Part shown: one piece after another, positions 48,595 through 58,974 of the stretch
Position numbering within the stretch: position 1 is the stretch's first letter
How the letters are laid out: each line of letters starts with the position of its first letter
DNA from: an uncultured Clostridia bacterium
GTDB taxonomy: Bacteria > Bacillota > Clostridia > TANB77 > CAG-508
Direction: 5' to 3'
DNA length: 64,000 nt
Assembly: GCA_934141605.1 (NCBI GenBank)
Contig: CAKPCL010000004.1
Location: 14,610-78,609, forward strand
Notes under the pieces: generated by a model
The model's input: only the letters and a program-made list of their open reading frames with translations
Database searches by the model: none
What the model was told of the DNA's origin: nothing
Program-made: the position numbers and the translations under genes

Positions 48595-49338
48595 CTACAT
48601 TTTATTATATATTTTTAATATTTCATCAGTATATGAACCATCATTTTTATAAATATATAAATTTTCTCTAAATTTTAAATACTCTCCCCCATTTTTTACT
48701 CCTTTTACCAAAACCATTTTAGGAGGATTTTTTTCATTTGAAAAAACCATTCTAATTTCTTTAGGTTCAATTTTATATTTTCTCATTAAAGAAAATATAT
48801 CAACAAGTCTATCTGGTCTATGAACCATATAAAATTCCCCTTTACATTTTAAAAGCTTACTAGAAATCTTAATAAAATCTTCTAAATCCGCCAAAATTTC
48901 ATGTCTTGAAATTAATTTTTTTTCTGCCTCATTTATAACTCCTGTATTCTGCTTTTTATATGGTGGATTTGTTACAATAACATCAAAAGAATTCTTTTCT
49001 AAAACATTCTCTAAATTTAAAATATTTTCATTTATAACTTCAAATTTATTTTCTAAATTATTTAATTTAGCACTTCTACATGCCATATCATATACTTCTT
49101 CTTGTACTTCAACTCCAATAATTTTCTTTAACTCTGTTTTTTCACATAGTAAAATTGAAATAATGCCTGTACCTGTTCCTAAATCTAATACCTTTGAATT
49201 TTTTTTAATATTTTTCGCAAAATCAGACAATAACACAGCATCTATCCCAAAACAAAATCCTTCTTCATTTTGAATTATCTTTAAATTATTAAATTCCAAA
49301 TCGTCTATTCTTTCATTTTCTTTTAATTCTATATTCAT
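48595..49338 (-). CDS. tRNA (adenine37-N6)-methyltransferase-like SAM methyltransferase (YabB/TrmN6 type)
   Basis: VLDLGTGTGIISILL motif I and VTNPPYKK motif IV. Likely start is MNIELKE at 49338, after AAAGGA. Confidence 0.75.
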   Translation of the reverse strand: MNIELKENERIDDLEFNNLKIIQNEEGFCFGIDAVLLSDFAKNIKKNSKVLDLGTGTGIISILLCEKTELKKIIGVEVQEEVYDMACRSAKLNNLENKFEVINENILNLENVLEKNSFDVIVTNPPYKKQNTGVINEAEKKLISRHEILADLEDFIKISSKLLKCKGEFYMVHRPDRLVDIFSLMRKYKIEPKEIRMVFSNEKNPPKMVLVKGVKNGGEYLKFRENLYIYKNDGSYTDEILKIYNKM

Positions 49339-49467
49339 CTTTTTTCCTTTTATTTTTAATGTTCTTTTATAATATATCATAAATTTAAATTTTCATCAAC
49401 CAACTATAATTCACTTAATAACTTGTTTTAGAATATAATATATAAAAAAACGAAAGGATTTAAATTT

Positions 49468-49713
49468 ATGCCAAGTTTATATAGATGTGAACACTCTCAG
49501 ATGCCTAAAAAAGTGCCTCCTCCACCTCCACCTCCTCCAAAGCCTCCGAAACCCACAAAACCTGCTAGTCCACCTAAACCACTAAAAAAGAAAAAATTAA
49601 GTTTTAAAACCTGCAAAAAAAATACTATTAACTCTCTTTATGAAGTTGAACATTTTTTAAGAAATTTTAATAGCTTTTCCAAATATATAAAATTATATAA
49701 AATATTAAAATAA
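49468..49713 (+). CDS. Hypothetical 81-aa proline-rich protein
   Basis: GAAAGGA RBS. MPSLYRCEHSQMPKKVPPPPPPPPKPPKPTKPASPPKPLKKKK... has eight consecutive Pro codons and then a basic tail. Confidence 0.45.
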   Translation: MPSLYRCEHSQMPKKVPPPPPPPPKPPKPTKPASPPKPLKKKKLSFKTCKKNTINSLYEVEHFLRNFNSFSKYIKLYKILK

Positions 49714-49736
49714 TAATGTCCCAAAAGAGCAATCTC

Positions 49737-50273
49737 TTATGGGGCATATTCATCTTTAAATTCATCACTTATCTGTCCATTAATTAAAATTTTAACTTTA
49801 TTAACTTCATTCAATTCAGTAACAGTATTAACAATTGATTTTATTAAATTTTCTTTTTCTTTGCTATCATCTTTATTATAATTAAGCAATTCACTTGAAA
49901 AATCTAAAGTTAAGCACTCACCTTCTAAAGAAGAATTCAATATTTTAGTATTCTCTGGAATAACACTTTTAAGTTTATCATTTTTAGGCCCATTAATTAG
50001 TAATTCAATTAAAATATTATATGGTGATTGTATAAGTTCCTTCACATTAACTAATCTTGCTTCAGGTTTTAACACATTTGTCTCTTTATCCGGAAAATAT
50101 AAACTTACTATAGTTTCTCTTAATTGTTCTTCAGAAATTTCTTCTTGTGGAATATACTCATTTTTTAGTTCGTTTTCTTTATTTTTCTTTACCATCTTAA
50201 TTGAAAAAAATCCAATAACAAAAATAATAATTAATAAAATTGTAAATAATAAAATAATTTTCTTGTTTTTCAT
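49737..50273 (-). CDS. GerMN-domain (sporulation/germination) protein with N-terminal anchor
   Basis: N-terminal TM followed by VSLYFPDKE...LKPE.R.V...PYNILIELLINGP...LTLDFS, typical of the GerM N-domain. Confidence 0.65.
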   Translation of the reverse strand: MKNKKIILLFTILLIIIFVIGFFSIKMVKKNKENELKNEYIPQEEISEEQLRETIVSLYFPDKETNVLKPEARLVNVKELIQSPYNILIELLINGPKNDKLKSVIPENTKILNSSLEGECLTLDFSSELLNYNKDDSKEKENLIKSIVNTVTELNEVNKVKILINGQISDEFKDEYAP

Positions 50274-50384
50274 AATTTCCTCCTATTTTTAATATTTATA
50301 CTCAATTCTATTATTTGTTTGTCCAAAATATGCAAAAATTCAAGAATGAAATAAATTTTTAAAATTGTTTCCAAATTTTGACAT

Positions 50385-50413
50385 TTGACAAATTGCCCTT
50401 TTCCGTATAAAAT
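50385..50413 (+). promoter_or_regulatory. Putative sigma-A promoter of the activase-fusion gene
   Basis: TTGACA (50385-50390; a second overlapping TTGACA at 50378), 17-nt spacer, TAAAAT (50408-50413), 28 nt before the ATG. Confidence 0.45.
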
Positions 50414-50440
50414 TAGGACTATAAAAAGGAGTAATGTAAT

Positions 50441-53400
50441 ATGGATAAGATTTTACATGTCGGATTAGATGTTGGTTCAACAACAGTAAAAATAATAGTT
50501 ATGGATAAAAACCAAAATACTATATATAAAAACTATCAAAGACACTTTTCAGATACAAAAAACACTGTATGTAATGTGCTAGAAAATTTAGCAACTATGT
50601 TTCCTGAAAACGAATTCACAATAGCACTTACAGGTTCAGGTGCAATGTCAGCAAGCAAATTTTTAGGAGTAGAATTTATACAAGAAGTAGTATCTTGCAA
50701 AAGAGCAGTAGAAAAATATATTCCACAAACTAATGTTGTAATAGAACTAGGCGGAGAAGACGCAAAAATAATTTATTTTGATAAATCAATTGAACAAAGA
50801 ATGAATGGTACATGTGCCGGTGGAACAGGAGCATTTTTAGATCAAATGGCTTCATTACTTCACACAGACACTGCTGGTATTAATGAACTTGCAAAAAGCT
50901 ATCAAACTATATATCCAATAGCTTCAAGATGTGGAGTTTTTGCAAAAACTGATATACAGCCATTAATAAATGAAGGTGCAGCAAAAGAAGATATAGCAGC
51001 ATCAATATTTCAAGCTGTTGTTAATCAAACAATTAGTGGTTTAGCCTGCGGAAGACCTATTAGAGGAAATGTAGCATTTTTAGGTGGTCCTTTAAGTTAC
51101 TTACCAGAATTGAGAAAAAGATTTATAGAAACTCTTAATTTAACTTCTGAAGAAGTAATAGTACCCGAAGAAGCCCATTTATTAGTAGCTAAAGGTGCAG
51201 CCCTTGATTCCCTAAACACTAAACCTATAACAGTAGAGGAATTAAAACAAAAAATAGAAAATTTAAGAACTTCACAAGATAATACCACACACCCAATCGA
51301 ACCATTATTTATCAATGAAGAAGATTATAAAAACTTTAAAGAAAGACATGATAAATCAAAAGTAGCAAAAACTGAAATTTCCACATATGAAGGTGATTGT
51401 TACCTTGGAATTGACGCAGGTTCTACAACTACAAAACTAGTATTAATTGATAAAAATGGTAACTTGCTATATTCATTATATGGTAGTAATGAAGGCAACC
51501 CTTTAAAAAGTGTTATGGGTATGCTTAAAAAACTATATGAAGTTCTACCAGAAAAAGCCATTTTAAGATATAGTGGTGTCACAGGATATGGAGAAAAATT
51601 AATACAAACAGCATTAAATGTTGATTTAAATGAAATTGAAACAATAGCACACTATACAGCAGCCAAACAATTTGAGCCAGATGTCACAGCAATAATTGAC
51701 ATTGGTGGACAAGATATGAAATACATTAAAATGAAAAATGGTGTAATTGACAATATAATGTTAAATGAAGCTTGTTCTTCAGGTTGCGGTTCATTTATTG
51801 AAACCTTTGCAAAAAGTTTGAATTTAGAAATATCAGAATTTGTAAAAGAAGCAATAAATGCTAAAAGACCTGTTGATTTAGGTTCAAGATGCACAGTCTT
51901 TATGAACTCAAAAATTAAACAAGCTCAAAAAGAAGGCTATACTGTTGGTGACATATCAAGCGGACTTTCATATTCAGTTATCAAAAACGCTATTCAAAAA
52001 GTCATGAAAGTTAGGGATACTGCCACTTTAGGTGACCATATTGTAGTACAAGGTGGAACCTTTTACAATGATGCCGTATTAAGAGCCTTTGAAAAAATAG
52101 TTGGTAAAAATGTAATAAGACCAGACATTGCAGGACTAATGGGTGCATACGGAATGGCATTACTTTCCAAAGAACAATATGAATCAAACTTAGATATGGA
52201 ATACAAATCAACTATACTAAAATCTGATGAATTAGATAAATTAGAAATAAAAGTAACACACACTCGTTGCAATAATTGTGAAAATCATTGCAAATTAACC
52301 ATAAATAAATTCAGTAACGGTTCAATACATGTATCAGGAAATCGTTGTGAAAAAGGTGCTGGAGTTGTAGCTCCTAAAAAGAATTTACCAAACTTGGTGC
52401 AATACAAATATCAAAGAATATTTGACTACAAACCATTAGAAGAACAATACGCAACAAGAGGAACTATAGGAATTCCAAGAGTTTTAAATATGTATGAAGA
52501 CTATCCTTTCTGGTTCACATTTTTTACAAATTTAGGCTTTAGAGTAATTATATCAGACAAAAGCACTAGAAAAACATATGAAAAAGGTATGGAATCTATG
52601 CCATCTGAATCAGTTTGTTATCCAGCAAAACTATCTCATGGTCATATTGAAAACCTAATTGAAAAAGGAATAAAAACAATATTCTACCCTTGTATGCCAT
52701 ATTCAAGAAAAGAGTATAAAAAAGCCGACAATCATTATAATTGCCCTATAGTAATTTCATATTCAGAAGTATTAAAAAACAATGTTGAAAATATAAAAGC
52801 CAATAACATTAAATTTATAAACCCATTTTTACCTTTCGATACAAAAAATCTTGTTAAAAAGGTTCAAGAATTAGATGAGTTTAAAGAATATAATTTTACA
52901 AAACAAGAATTAATGGAGGCAGCAGAAAAAGCTGAAGCCGAATACCAAAAATGTAAAAAAGACATTAGAGACAAAGGTACTGAAACAGTAAGGTATATTG
53001 AAGAAAACAATTTAAGAGGAATTGTTTTAGCAGGAAGACCATATCACATAGACCCTGAAATAAACCATGGTATTGATACATTAATCACATCACTTGGATT
53101 ATGTGTTTTAACAGAAGATAGTGTTTCTGACAAAGCAGAAGCAAAGCGTCCAATAAGAGTTGTTGATCAATGGGTATTTCATGCTAGATTATATGCAGCT
53201 GCTGACTTTGTTGGAAAACATGACAATTTAGAATTAATTCAATTAAACTCATTTGGTTGTGGAGTTGACGCAGTTACAACAGATCAAGTTGAAGAAATAT
53301 TATCAAGTTACGATAAAATGTACACTTTAATAAAAATAGACGAAGTAAACAATTTAGGCGCTGTTAGAATTCGTATACGCTCACTTTTAGCAAGTATGAA

Positions 53401-54763
53401 TAAAAGAATCTCTAAAAAAGAAGAAGAAAAAGACCTTGGAGACTACGGAATAAAGAAAAAAATCTTTACTAAAGAAATGAGAAAAGATTATACAATACTT
53501 TGTCCTCAAATGGCCCCAATTCACTTTGAACTAATTGAAGCCGCCGTACAAGAATCAGGATATAAACTTGAATTGTTAAGAGATTGTACTCAACACACAG
53601 TAGAAACAGGATTAAAATATGTAAATAATGACGCATGTTATCCTTCAATACTAGTAACAGGTCAAATGATTGAAGCCCTAGAGTCTGGAAAATACGACTT
53701 AAATAAAACGGCATTAATCATGTCTCAAACAGGTGGAGGCTGTAGAGCTACAAACTATATAGGCTTTATAAGGAAAGCACTTAAAGATGCTGGATTTAGT
53801 AATATACCAGTTATATCATTTAATGTTGTTGGTATGGAAAAAATGCCTGGATTTAAACTAACACCAAAAATGATTGAAAGAATGATTAAATCTGTAATCT
53901 ATGCTGATTTATTACAAAAGGTCTTAACAAAAAATAGAGCATATGAATTAAATAAAGGTGAAACTCAAAAATTATACACTGAATGGTTAGAAAAATGCAA
54001 AAAACTTGTTAGACATTCTACAAATAAAGAATTTAAGCAAAGCATTTATGATATAGTAAATGATTTTGAAAAAATACAATTAGATACAAGCATTAAAAAG
54101 CCTAAGGTTGGAATTGTTGGAGAAGTTTTAATTAAATACCACCCCTTTGGAAATAATTTTGTTGCAGATATGCTTGAAAAAGAAGGTGCTGAAGTAATTT
54201 TACCTGATTTTATGGGATTTGTTAAATTTATGGCAACACATAAAATTACATTTAATAATTTATTAAATATAAATAAGACTTCTAGCAAGATAAGTAAGTT
54301 AGCAATAAAATTAATAGATATATTAGAAAAAGATGTAAAATTAGCGTTAGCTAGCTCTTCTAAGGGTTATTTACAACCATGTGATATTTGGCACTTAGAA
54401 GATAAAGTTAAAGATGTTTTATCTATTGGAAATCAAACTGGTGAAGGTTGGTTCTTAACAGCAGAAATGATTGAATATATGGAACATGATATTCCTAATA
54501 TTATATGTGTTCAACCTTTTGCATGTTTACCAAATCATGTTGTTGGTAAGGGTGTTATTAAAACTATTAGACAAATGTATCCTGATGCTAATATTTCTCC
54601 TGTTGATTATGATCCTGGTGCTAGTGAGACTAATCAGGCTAATAGAATAAAATTGTTAATGACTGTGGCTAAAGATAATTTAAAAAGGCAGGAAAATGAG
54701 AAAAAAATTTTGGAAAAAGAAAATTGTGAAAATTCTATAAAACAGGAAAATGAAACAGTGTAA
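50441..54763 (+). CDS. Acyl-CoA dehydratase activase-related fusion protein (two BcrAD/BadFG ATPase domains plus C-terminal CoA-enzyme-activase-associated domains)
   Basis: Two repeats of the GLDVGSTTVK / GIDAGSTTTK actin-like ATPase start, each with a (C)(S/A)(G/S)GxG(A/S)F(L/I) region (CAGGTGAFL, CSSGCGSFI), a Cys cluster CNNCENHC...GNRCEKG, and a long conserved C-terminal half. 1440 aa. Confidence 0.8.
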   Translation: MDKILHVGLDVGSTTVKIIVMDKNQNTIYKNYQRHFSDTKNTVCNVLENLATMFPENEFTIALTGSGAMSASKFLGVEFIQEVVSCKRAVEKYIPQTNVVIELGGEDAKIIYFDKSIEQRMNGTCAGGTGAFLDQMASLLHTDTAGINELAKSYQTIYPIASRCGVFAKTDIQPLINEGAAKEDIAASIFQAVVNQTISGLACGRPIRGNVAFLGGPLSYLPELRKRFIETLNLTSEEVIVPEEAHLLVAKGAALDSLNTKPITVEELKQKIENLRTSQDNTTHPIEPLFINEEDYKNFKERHDKSKVAKTEISTYEGDCYLGIDAGSTTTKLVLIDKNGNLLYSLYGSNEGNPLKSVMGMLKKLYEVLPEKAILRYSGVTGYGEKLIQTALNVDLNEIETIAHYTAAKQFEPDVTAIIDIGGQDMKYIKMKNGVIDNIMLNEACSSGCGSFIETFAKSLNLEISEFVKEAINAKRPVDLGSRCTVFMNSKIKQAQKEGYTVGDISSGLSYSVIKNAIQKVMKVRDTATLGDHIVVQGGTFYNDAVLRAFEKIVGKNVIRPDIAGLMGAYGMALLSKEQYESNLDMEYKSTILKSDELDKLEIKVTHTRCNNCENHCKLTINKFSNGSIHVSGNRCEKGAGVVAPKKNLPNLVQYKYQRIFDYKPLEEQYATRGTIGIPRVLNMYEDYPFWFTFFTNLGFRVIISDKSTRKTYEKGMESMPSESVCYPAKLSHGHIENLIEKGIKTIFYPCMPYSRKEYKKADNHYNCPIVISYSEVLKNNVENIKANNIKFINPFLPFDTKNLVKKVQELDEFKEYNFTKQELMEAAEKAEAEYQKCKKDIRDKGTETVRYIEENNLRGIVLAGRPYHIDPEINHGIDTLITSLGLCVLTEDSVSDKAEAKRPIRVVDQWVFHARLYAAADFVGKHDNLELIQLNSFGCGVDAVTTDQVEEILSSYDKMYTLIKIDEVNNLGAVRIRIRSLLASMNKRISKKEEEKDLGDYGIKKKIFTKEMRKDYTILCPQMAPIHFELIEAAVQESGYKLELLRDCTQHTVETGLKYVNNDACYPSILVTGQMIEALESGKYDLNKTALIMSQTGGGCRATNYIGFIRKALKDAGFSNIPVISFNVVGMEKMPGFKLTPKMIERMIKSVIYADLLQKVLTKNRAYELNKGETQKLYTEWLEKCKKLVRHSTNKEFKQSIYDIVNDFEKIQLDTSIKKPKVGIVGEVLIKYHPFGNNFVADMLEKEGAEVILPDFMGFVKFMATHKITFNNLLNINKTSSKISKLAIKLIDILEKDVKLALASSSKGYLQPCDIWHLEDKVKDVLSIGNQTGEGWFLTAEMIEYMEHDIPNIICVQPFACLPNHVVGKGVIKTIRQMYPDANISPVDYDPGASETNQANRIKLLMTVAKDNLKRQENEKKILEKENCENSIKQENETV

Positions 54764-54792
54764 AAGAACAGGATTGAAGTCCTGTTCTTTTT
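54764..54792. terminator. Bidirectional terminator between the activase fusion and the patatin gene
   Basis: AAGAACAGGA-ttgaag-TCCTGTTCTT followed by a T-run. Confidence 0.75.
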
Positions 54793-54797
54793 GTATA

Positions 54798-55655
54798 TTA
54801 CAACGATTTTATATTATTTTCTTTTAAAAACTTTTTAGTCTCATTATATCCCAATTCATAAAATTCATCTATTTTACTCATATCCAAAAGAGAAACCTTT
54901 TTACTTTTAATCTTTATAGAATAATCCATCCCATCAAGCTCATATTTAGAAAGCTCCTTTCCCATTAATTCAAAAGAACGAGAAGCTACATCAATTAAAT
55001 TTTTACAACAATTTAAATCTACTTCATTTTCAAAAATAACACTTACTACCTTATCAGCACCTAAAAGTTTAACCTCACGCCAAGGCACATTTTCTCTAAT
55101 TCCCCCATCAATTAATTTACTACCTTTATAATTACACGGAGAAAAAACAGCTGGGAAACTACAACTTGCCTGTACTGCCTTACCAATCTCTGCATCATTA
55201 CAAAAAACAGTATCATTAGAAAAAAACCTCATTTTTGAAGATGTAAAACACAATACTTCTCCTGTACACATGTTAACACTAGGAATAACTAATGGCATTT
55301 TTATATCTGAAACATTATAAATATTTTTTTCAGCACATACTTTATTAATTAATTTATTTATAGATTTTCCCGAATTTAAGCCATCTATTATTATTGTTCC
55401 AGTTGTAATTATTCCAAAAAATAATTTTAGAATATTTTTAAAATCAACATATTTTATATTTCTACAATACTTTTTAAAAATTTTATATATTTCATCTGGT
55501 TTATATCCAGAAGCATAAAGTGTAGCAACAATGCTTCCAGAAGATGTTCCACCTATATAATCAATTTTTATTTTACTCTCTTCCAGTGCTTTTAACACTC
55601 CTATATGTGCAGCACCTTTTACTCCACCACCTGATAAGGTTATACCTAAACTCAT
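54798..55655 (-). CDS. Patatin-like phospholipase
   Basis: Oxyanion loop LSGGGVKGAAHIGVLKAL, nucleophile elbow GTSSGS, catalytic DGG. ATG 55655 follows TAGGTG. Confidence 0.85.
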   Translation of the reverse strand: MSLGITLSGGGVKGAAHIGVLKALEESKIKIDYIGGTSSGSIVATLYASGYKPDEIYKIFKKYCRNIKYVDFKNILKLFFGIITTGTIIIDGLNSGKSINKLINKVCAEKNIYNVSDIKMPLVIPSVNMCTGEVLCFTSSKMRFFSNDTVFCNDAEIGKAVQASCSFPAVFSPCNYKGSKLIDGGIRENVPWREVKLLGADKVVSVIFENEVDLNCCKNLIDVASRSFELMGKELSKYELDGMDYSIKIKSKKVSLLDMSKIDEFYELGYNETKKFLKENNIKSL

Positions 55656-55711
55656 AATAATCACCTAATTTATAATATGAATTATATTTTTTATTGATTA
55701 TATTTTTATTT

Positions 55712-55752
55712 ATTTTTTAGTCATTAAAATAAAATGTAACAATCTTAGTTTG
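55712..55752 (-). terminator. Terminator of the Rpn-like gene
   Basis: ATGTAACAATC-ttagttt-GATTGTTACAT. On the minus strand it is followed by a T-rich run. Confidence 0.65.
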
Positions 55753-55797
55753 ATTGTTACATAAAAATTATATTTCAGTACTTTTTTATTTTTTATA

Positions 55798-56685
55798 TTA
55801 TAGGTCTTTAATTTCTTCAATTGATAAACCTGTAACTTTACATATTGTTTCATTAGTAATTTTTTGTTTTTTCATATTTTTTGCGATATCTATTTTTTCT
55901 TGTTTTGCTCCTTCATTAATTCCTTGCTCTACTCCTTGTTTTATTCCTTGCTTTATTCCTTGTTCTATTCCAGCCTTTAACCCTTTGTCATAACCAGCAT
56001 CAGCAATAGCCTTTTTGTCCATTATGTATTTTTGTCTTAACTCTGTCAAATATCTTTCATGTTCATCTTGGCTTATTTCTTCTAATACTTTTTTTGCTTT
56101 ACCTATTTCTTTATTTTCTTTCATATCAACCACCTCTGGATTTTCTATAAATCTCACCCATGAGTTCAATCTTTGGTCTGTTTTTGCCTTATATCTGTTG
56201 AACTTTGGTAATTCAATTATATAAATTTCCATTACATCTGTCAATATTATTTTTTGATATTCCTCTTCCCTTATATTCCATTTTGTTATGTATTTTTCTA
56301 TTTCTTTCAGTCCTTCTAGCTCATAATCTGTTATTAGTATAGCAATAGATTTTTCTAAATTTTCATAGTCTGCTCCTTGCTTTATGCTATTATTATACAT
56401 TTTGCTCCAATAAAATAAGATTCTTTTTTCTATATTCTTTTTGTCCACTACTTGCATTTCTATATTGCAATTAATACAATTATCTATTTTTGCTTTTATG
56501 TCTAAAATTCCTACTTTATCATCTAATAAATCCTTTTCTAATATTGGATTACAATCTAATTTTAAATTACTTATAGATTTTTTTAATATTGAACTTAATA
56601 AAGCTGTGGTTATGTCTTCATTTCCTTCATAGCCAAATATTCTCCTAAAGACATAGTCTATTTTGGGGTTTAGTAAATTTTCTAT
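55798..56685 (-). pseudogene. Rpn/YhgA-like PD-(D/E)xK recombination-promoting nuclease (transposase_31 family) lacking an in-frame canonical start
   Basis: The track ORF (55798-56457) starts at an internal Met. The same frame is open 86 codons further upstream and encodes the family N-terminus NLLNPKIDYVFRRIFGYEGNEDITTALLSSIL...LDIKAKIDN...NIEMQVVD with no ATG/GTG/TTG. The nearest ATG (56692) is in another frame. C-terminal GIEQGIKQGIKQGVEQGINEGAKQ repeats are typical. Confidence 0.7.
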
Positions 56686-56833
56686 AACACATTCCTTCTT
56701 TCTTTTATTTTTTGTTTAAGTTTTGAATTTTGGGCAGAATTGCCTGAATTTTGATTTAATTTTTTCTGAAATATAAATTTTATATATATTAACATATTTC
56801 TTTTTATATTACAACATATTTTAATATAAAATA

Positions 56834-56865
56834 CAAAAAAATATCTCTACTTAAATAAGTAGAGA
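56834..56865 (-). terminator. Terminator downstream of the ABC-exporter operon / 91-aa gene
   Basis: TCTCTACTT-aaat-AAGTAGAGA. On the minus strand it is followed by T7. Confidence 0.7.
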
Positions 56866-56886
56866 CATAGTTAGTTTGTTCCCGGT

Positions 56887-57162
56887 TTAAATACCACTAA
56901 AAGCACAATAAAGTAAAATTAAAAAAATAATACATGCGACAATGCTAAAAAAATACAAGCAAATTATTGCAAATAAAATTATAAGTGCTACAAATATTAA
57001 AATAAAAATACAAATTAATACCTTCTTTTCAACACTATTGTTTTCATCAAAAATGACAATGATAAGAACTATAAATGCAATAACACATACAACACCTATA
57101 ACAAATGGAATCAATGGTGCAACAAAAACTTGAAAAATACTACTTAATACCCGGTCTAACAT
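56887..57162 (-). CDS. Small hydrophobic membrane protein (91 aa, about 3 TM)
   Basis: AAGGAGG RBS 7 nt before the ATG. Almost entirely hydrophobic. Codon 4 is an in-frame CGG (57151-57153). Confidence 0.55.
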   Translation of the reverse strand: MLDRVLSSIFQVFVAPLIPFVIGVVCVIAFIVLIIVIFDENNSVEKKVLICIFILIFVALIILFAIICLYFFSIVACIIFLILLYCAFSGI

Positions 57163-57279
57163 TTTTTAACCTCCTTAATTATAAAAAAGTTTATTAGTTA
57201 CTAACTACATATGTAATAACACATTTTATAAAAAATTTCAAATATTTTCCATTTTATATAATTCAGGATTTTATTTAAA

Positions 57280-58974
57280 TTAATTTATTTTCTTAAATAA
57301 TTTATTTATATTCTTTTTAATTAATAAATTAATAATAAAAATAATTATTAAAAAAATAAATAAAATTAAAATATTAGCTAAAATTAAATTAAAATCTTTA
57401 AAAATTTCATATAAATATTTAATAAATAAAACAACAATTATACTTAAAACATATTGATATAATTTATTATTATTATTTTTTATAGCCTCATAATCAGCAT
57501 TCCAATTTAAATTAGGTTTAATAAAATCTACTAAAACCATTAATTCACTATTTAATATATTTAATAAATTTGCACCAATAAATAAAAATAATAAATAAAT
57601 TAATTCAAAAGCCGGAAAAACAATTTTAATAATTATTAAAATAATTAAAATTAAAAACATATTAAAAATTATTTGAGGCATTGATTTATATATAAATTGT
57701 TTATAAAAATCTATCGGTATAAATTTTAAATAAATAGCATTTTTACCTTCTCTTGATATTGCACTAATTGAAATATTTAATAATGTAAAAATTATTTGTA
57801 TTAATGCTAAAATCGTACAAATTACACCTAAGTCCATAGAAATTTCAATATTCTGTTCTGCAAAAAAATCTGATTCTATTAATTTTCTTATATTAGGTGC
57901 AAAAATTATGCAAATAATACTTAATGAAATCATTAATATTAATACTGGAAAAATACATTGCATAAAAAATGTTGGATTTTTAAATAATAATTTAAATTCT
58001 TTTTCTATATAAGATTCATAAATTTTTTTATTTTTAAATTTATTTTTTGTTATTTTTTTATTATTTTTTAAATAATAATTATTATTATTTTTTAAAATAT
58101 TTTTTAAATAATATTTTTTACCAACAAAAATAAATAATACAAAAAATATTAAATTAATAAAAATAATTTTAAATAAATTAAATATTGAATTTATTTTATT
58201 ATAATTATTTAATATTTCTACACTAGGATTTATTATTAAAAAATAATTATTTATATTTTTTAATTTTTCATTAAAATTAGATATTGAATTTATTACCTCT
58301 GTATTTTTTAAATCAAAGTCATCACCTATTTTTTCTATTAAATTATTCCCTATTTTAAATTCTAAAATAAAAATAAAACTTAAAACTAATAATGTAATAA
58401 ATATTTGAACAATATCCTTATTTTTTATAAATTTTGTTAATTTAATTAAAAACATCATTAATATACTAATTATTAAATTAATTAAAATTGGAAAAATTAA
58501 TATAATTAAAATCATATATAAATAATATAATAATCCAGCATTTGTATAAATACCATATATTAATAACGGTGATAATGCAAAAATTATTTCAGTTAAATAT
58601 ACATTAATTAATATAGTATTAAATTTTGCAATTAATAATTCTTCCGATTTTATTGGTAATGGCAAAACATTTTCAAAATCCTTCGAAAAGAAATATACAT
58701 TTATACTAGCAAGAATAATTTGAAATGCCATTATTATCATTAAAATTAGAAAAAATACATTTAAAAATATTATTCCTTGATTTATTTGTACTAATATTTT
58801 TATAATTTTCATACTTAAATATGTTATTGCAATAACTAAAATAATTAATAACCATACAAAAGGAGATTTCCAATTTATTTTATTTGTTTCTTTATCAATT
58901 AAATAAGGGTTTTGAAAATTATTTTTAAAAAATATTTTACTTAAATTAAATATATTTTTTATTTTTTTAATCAT
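57280..58974 (-). CDS. Putative ABC exporter permease (large multi-TM ABC-2-like protein)
   Basis: 564 aa, extremely I/L/F/N/K-rich with at least 10 hydrophobic segments. Overlaps the ATPase gene stop by 8 nt. Confidence 0.6.
   Translation of the reverse strand: MIKKIKNIFNLSKIFFKNNFQNPYLIDKETNKINWKSPFVWLLIILVIAITYLSMKIIKILVQINQGIIFLNVFFLILMIIMAFQIILASINVYFFSKDFENVLPLPIKSEELLIAKFNTILINVYLTEIIFALSPLLIYGIYTNAGLLYYLYMILIILIFPILINLIISILMMFLIKLTKFIKNKDIVQIFITLLVLSFIFILEFKIGNNLIEKIGDDFDLKNTEVINSISNFNEKLKNINNYFLIINPSVEILNNYNKINSIFNLFKIIFINLIFFVLFIFVGKKYYLKNILKNNNNYYLKNNKKITKNKFKNKKIYESYIEKEFKLLFKNPTFFMQCIFPVLILMISLSIICIIFAPNIRKLIESDFFAEQNIEISMDLGVICTILALIQIIFTLLNISISAISREGKNAIYLKFIPIDFYKQFIYKSMPQIIFNMFLILIILIIIKIVFPAFELIYLLFLFIGANLLNILNSELMVLVDFIKPNLNWNADYEAIKNNNNKLYQYVLSIIVVLFIKYLYEIFKDFNLILANILILFIFLIIIFIINLLIKKNINKLFKKIN

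Noticed and set aside
55895-55985. Tandem repeats of about 15 nt (CCTTG(C/T)TTTATT-like).
   Set aside because: They encode the GI(K/E)QG repeats that are typical of the C-terminus of Rpn/YhgA-family proteins, so this is not an independent repeat element.
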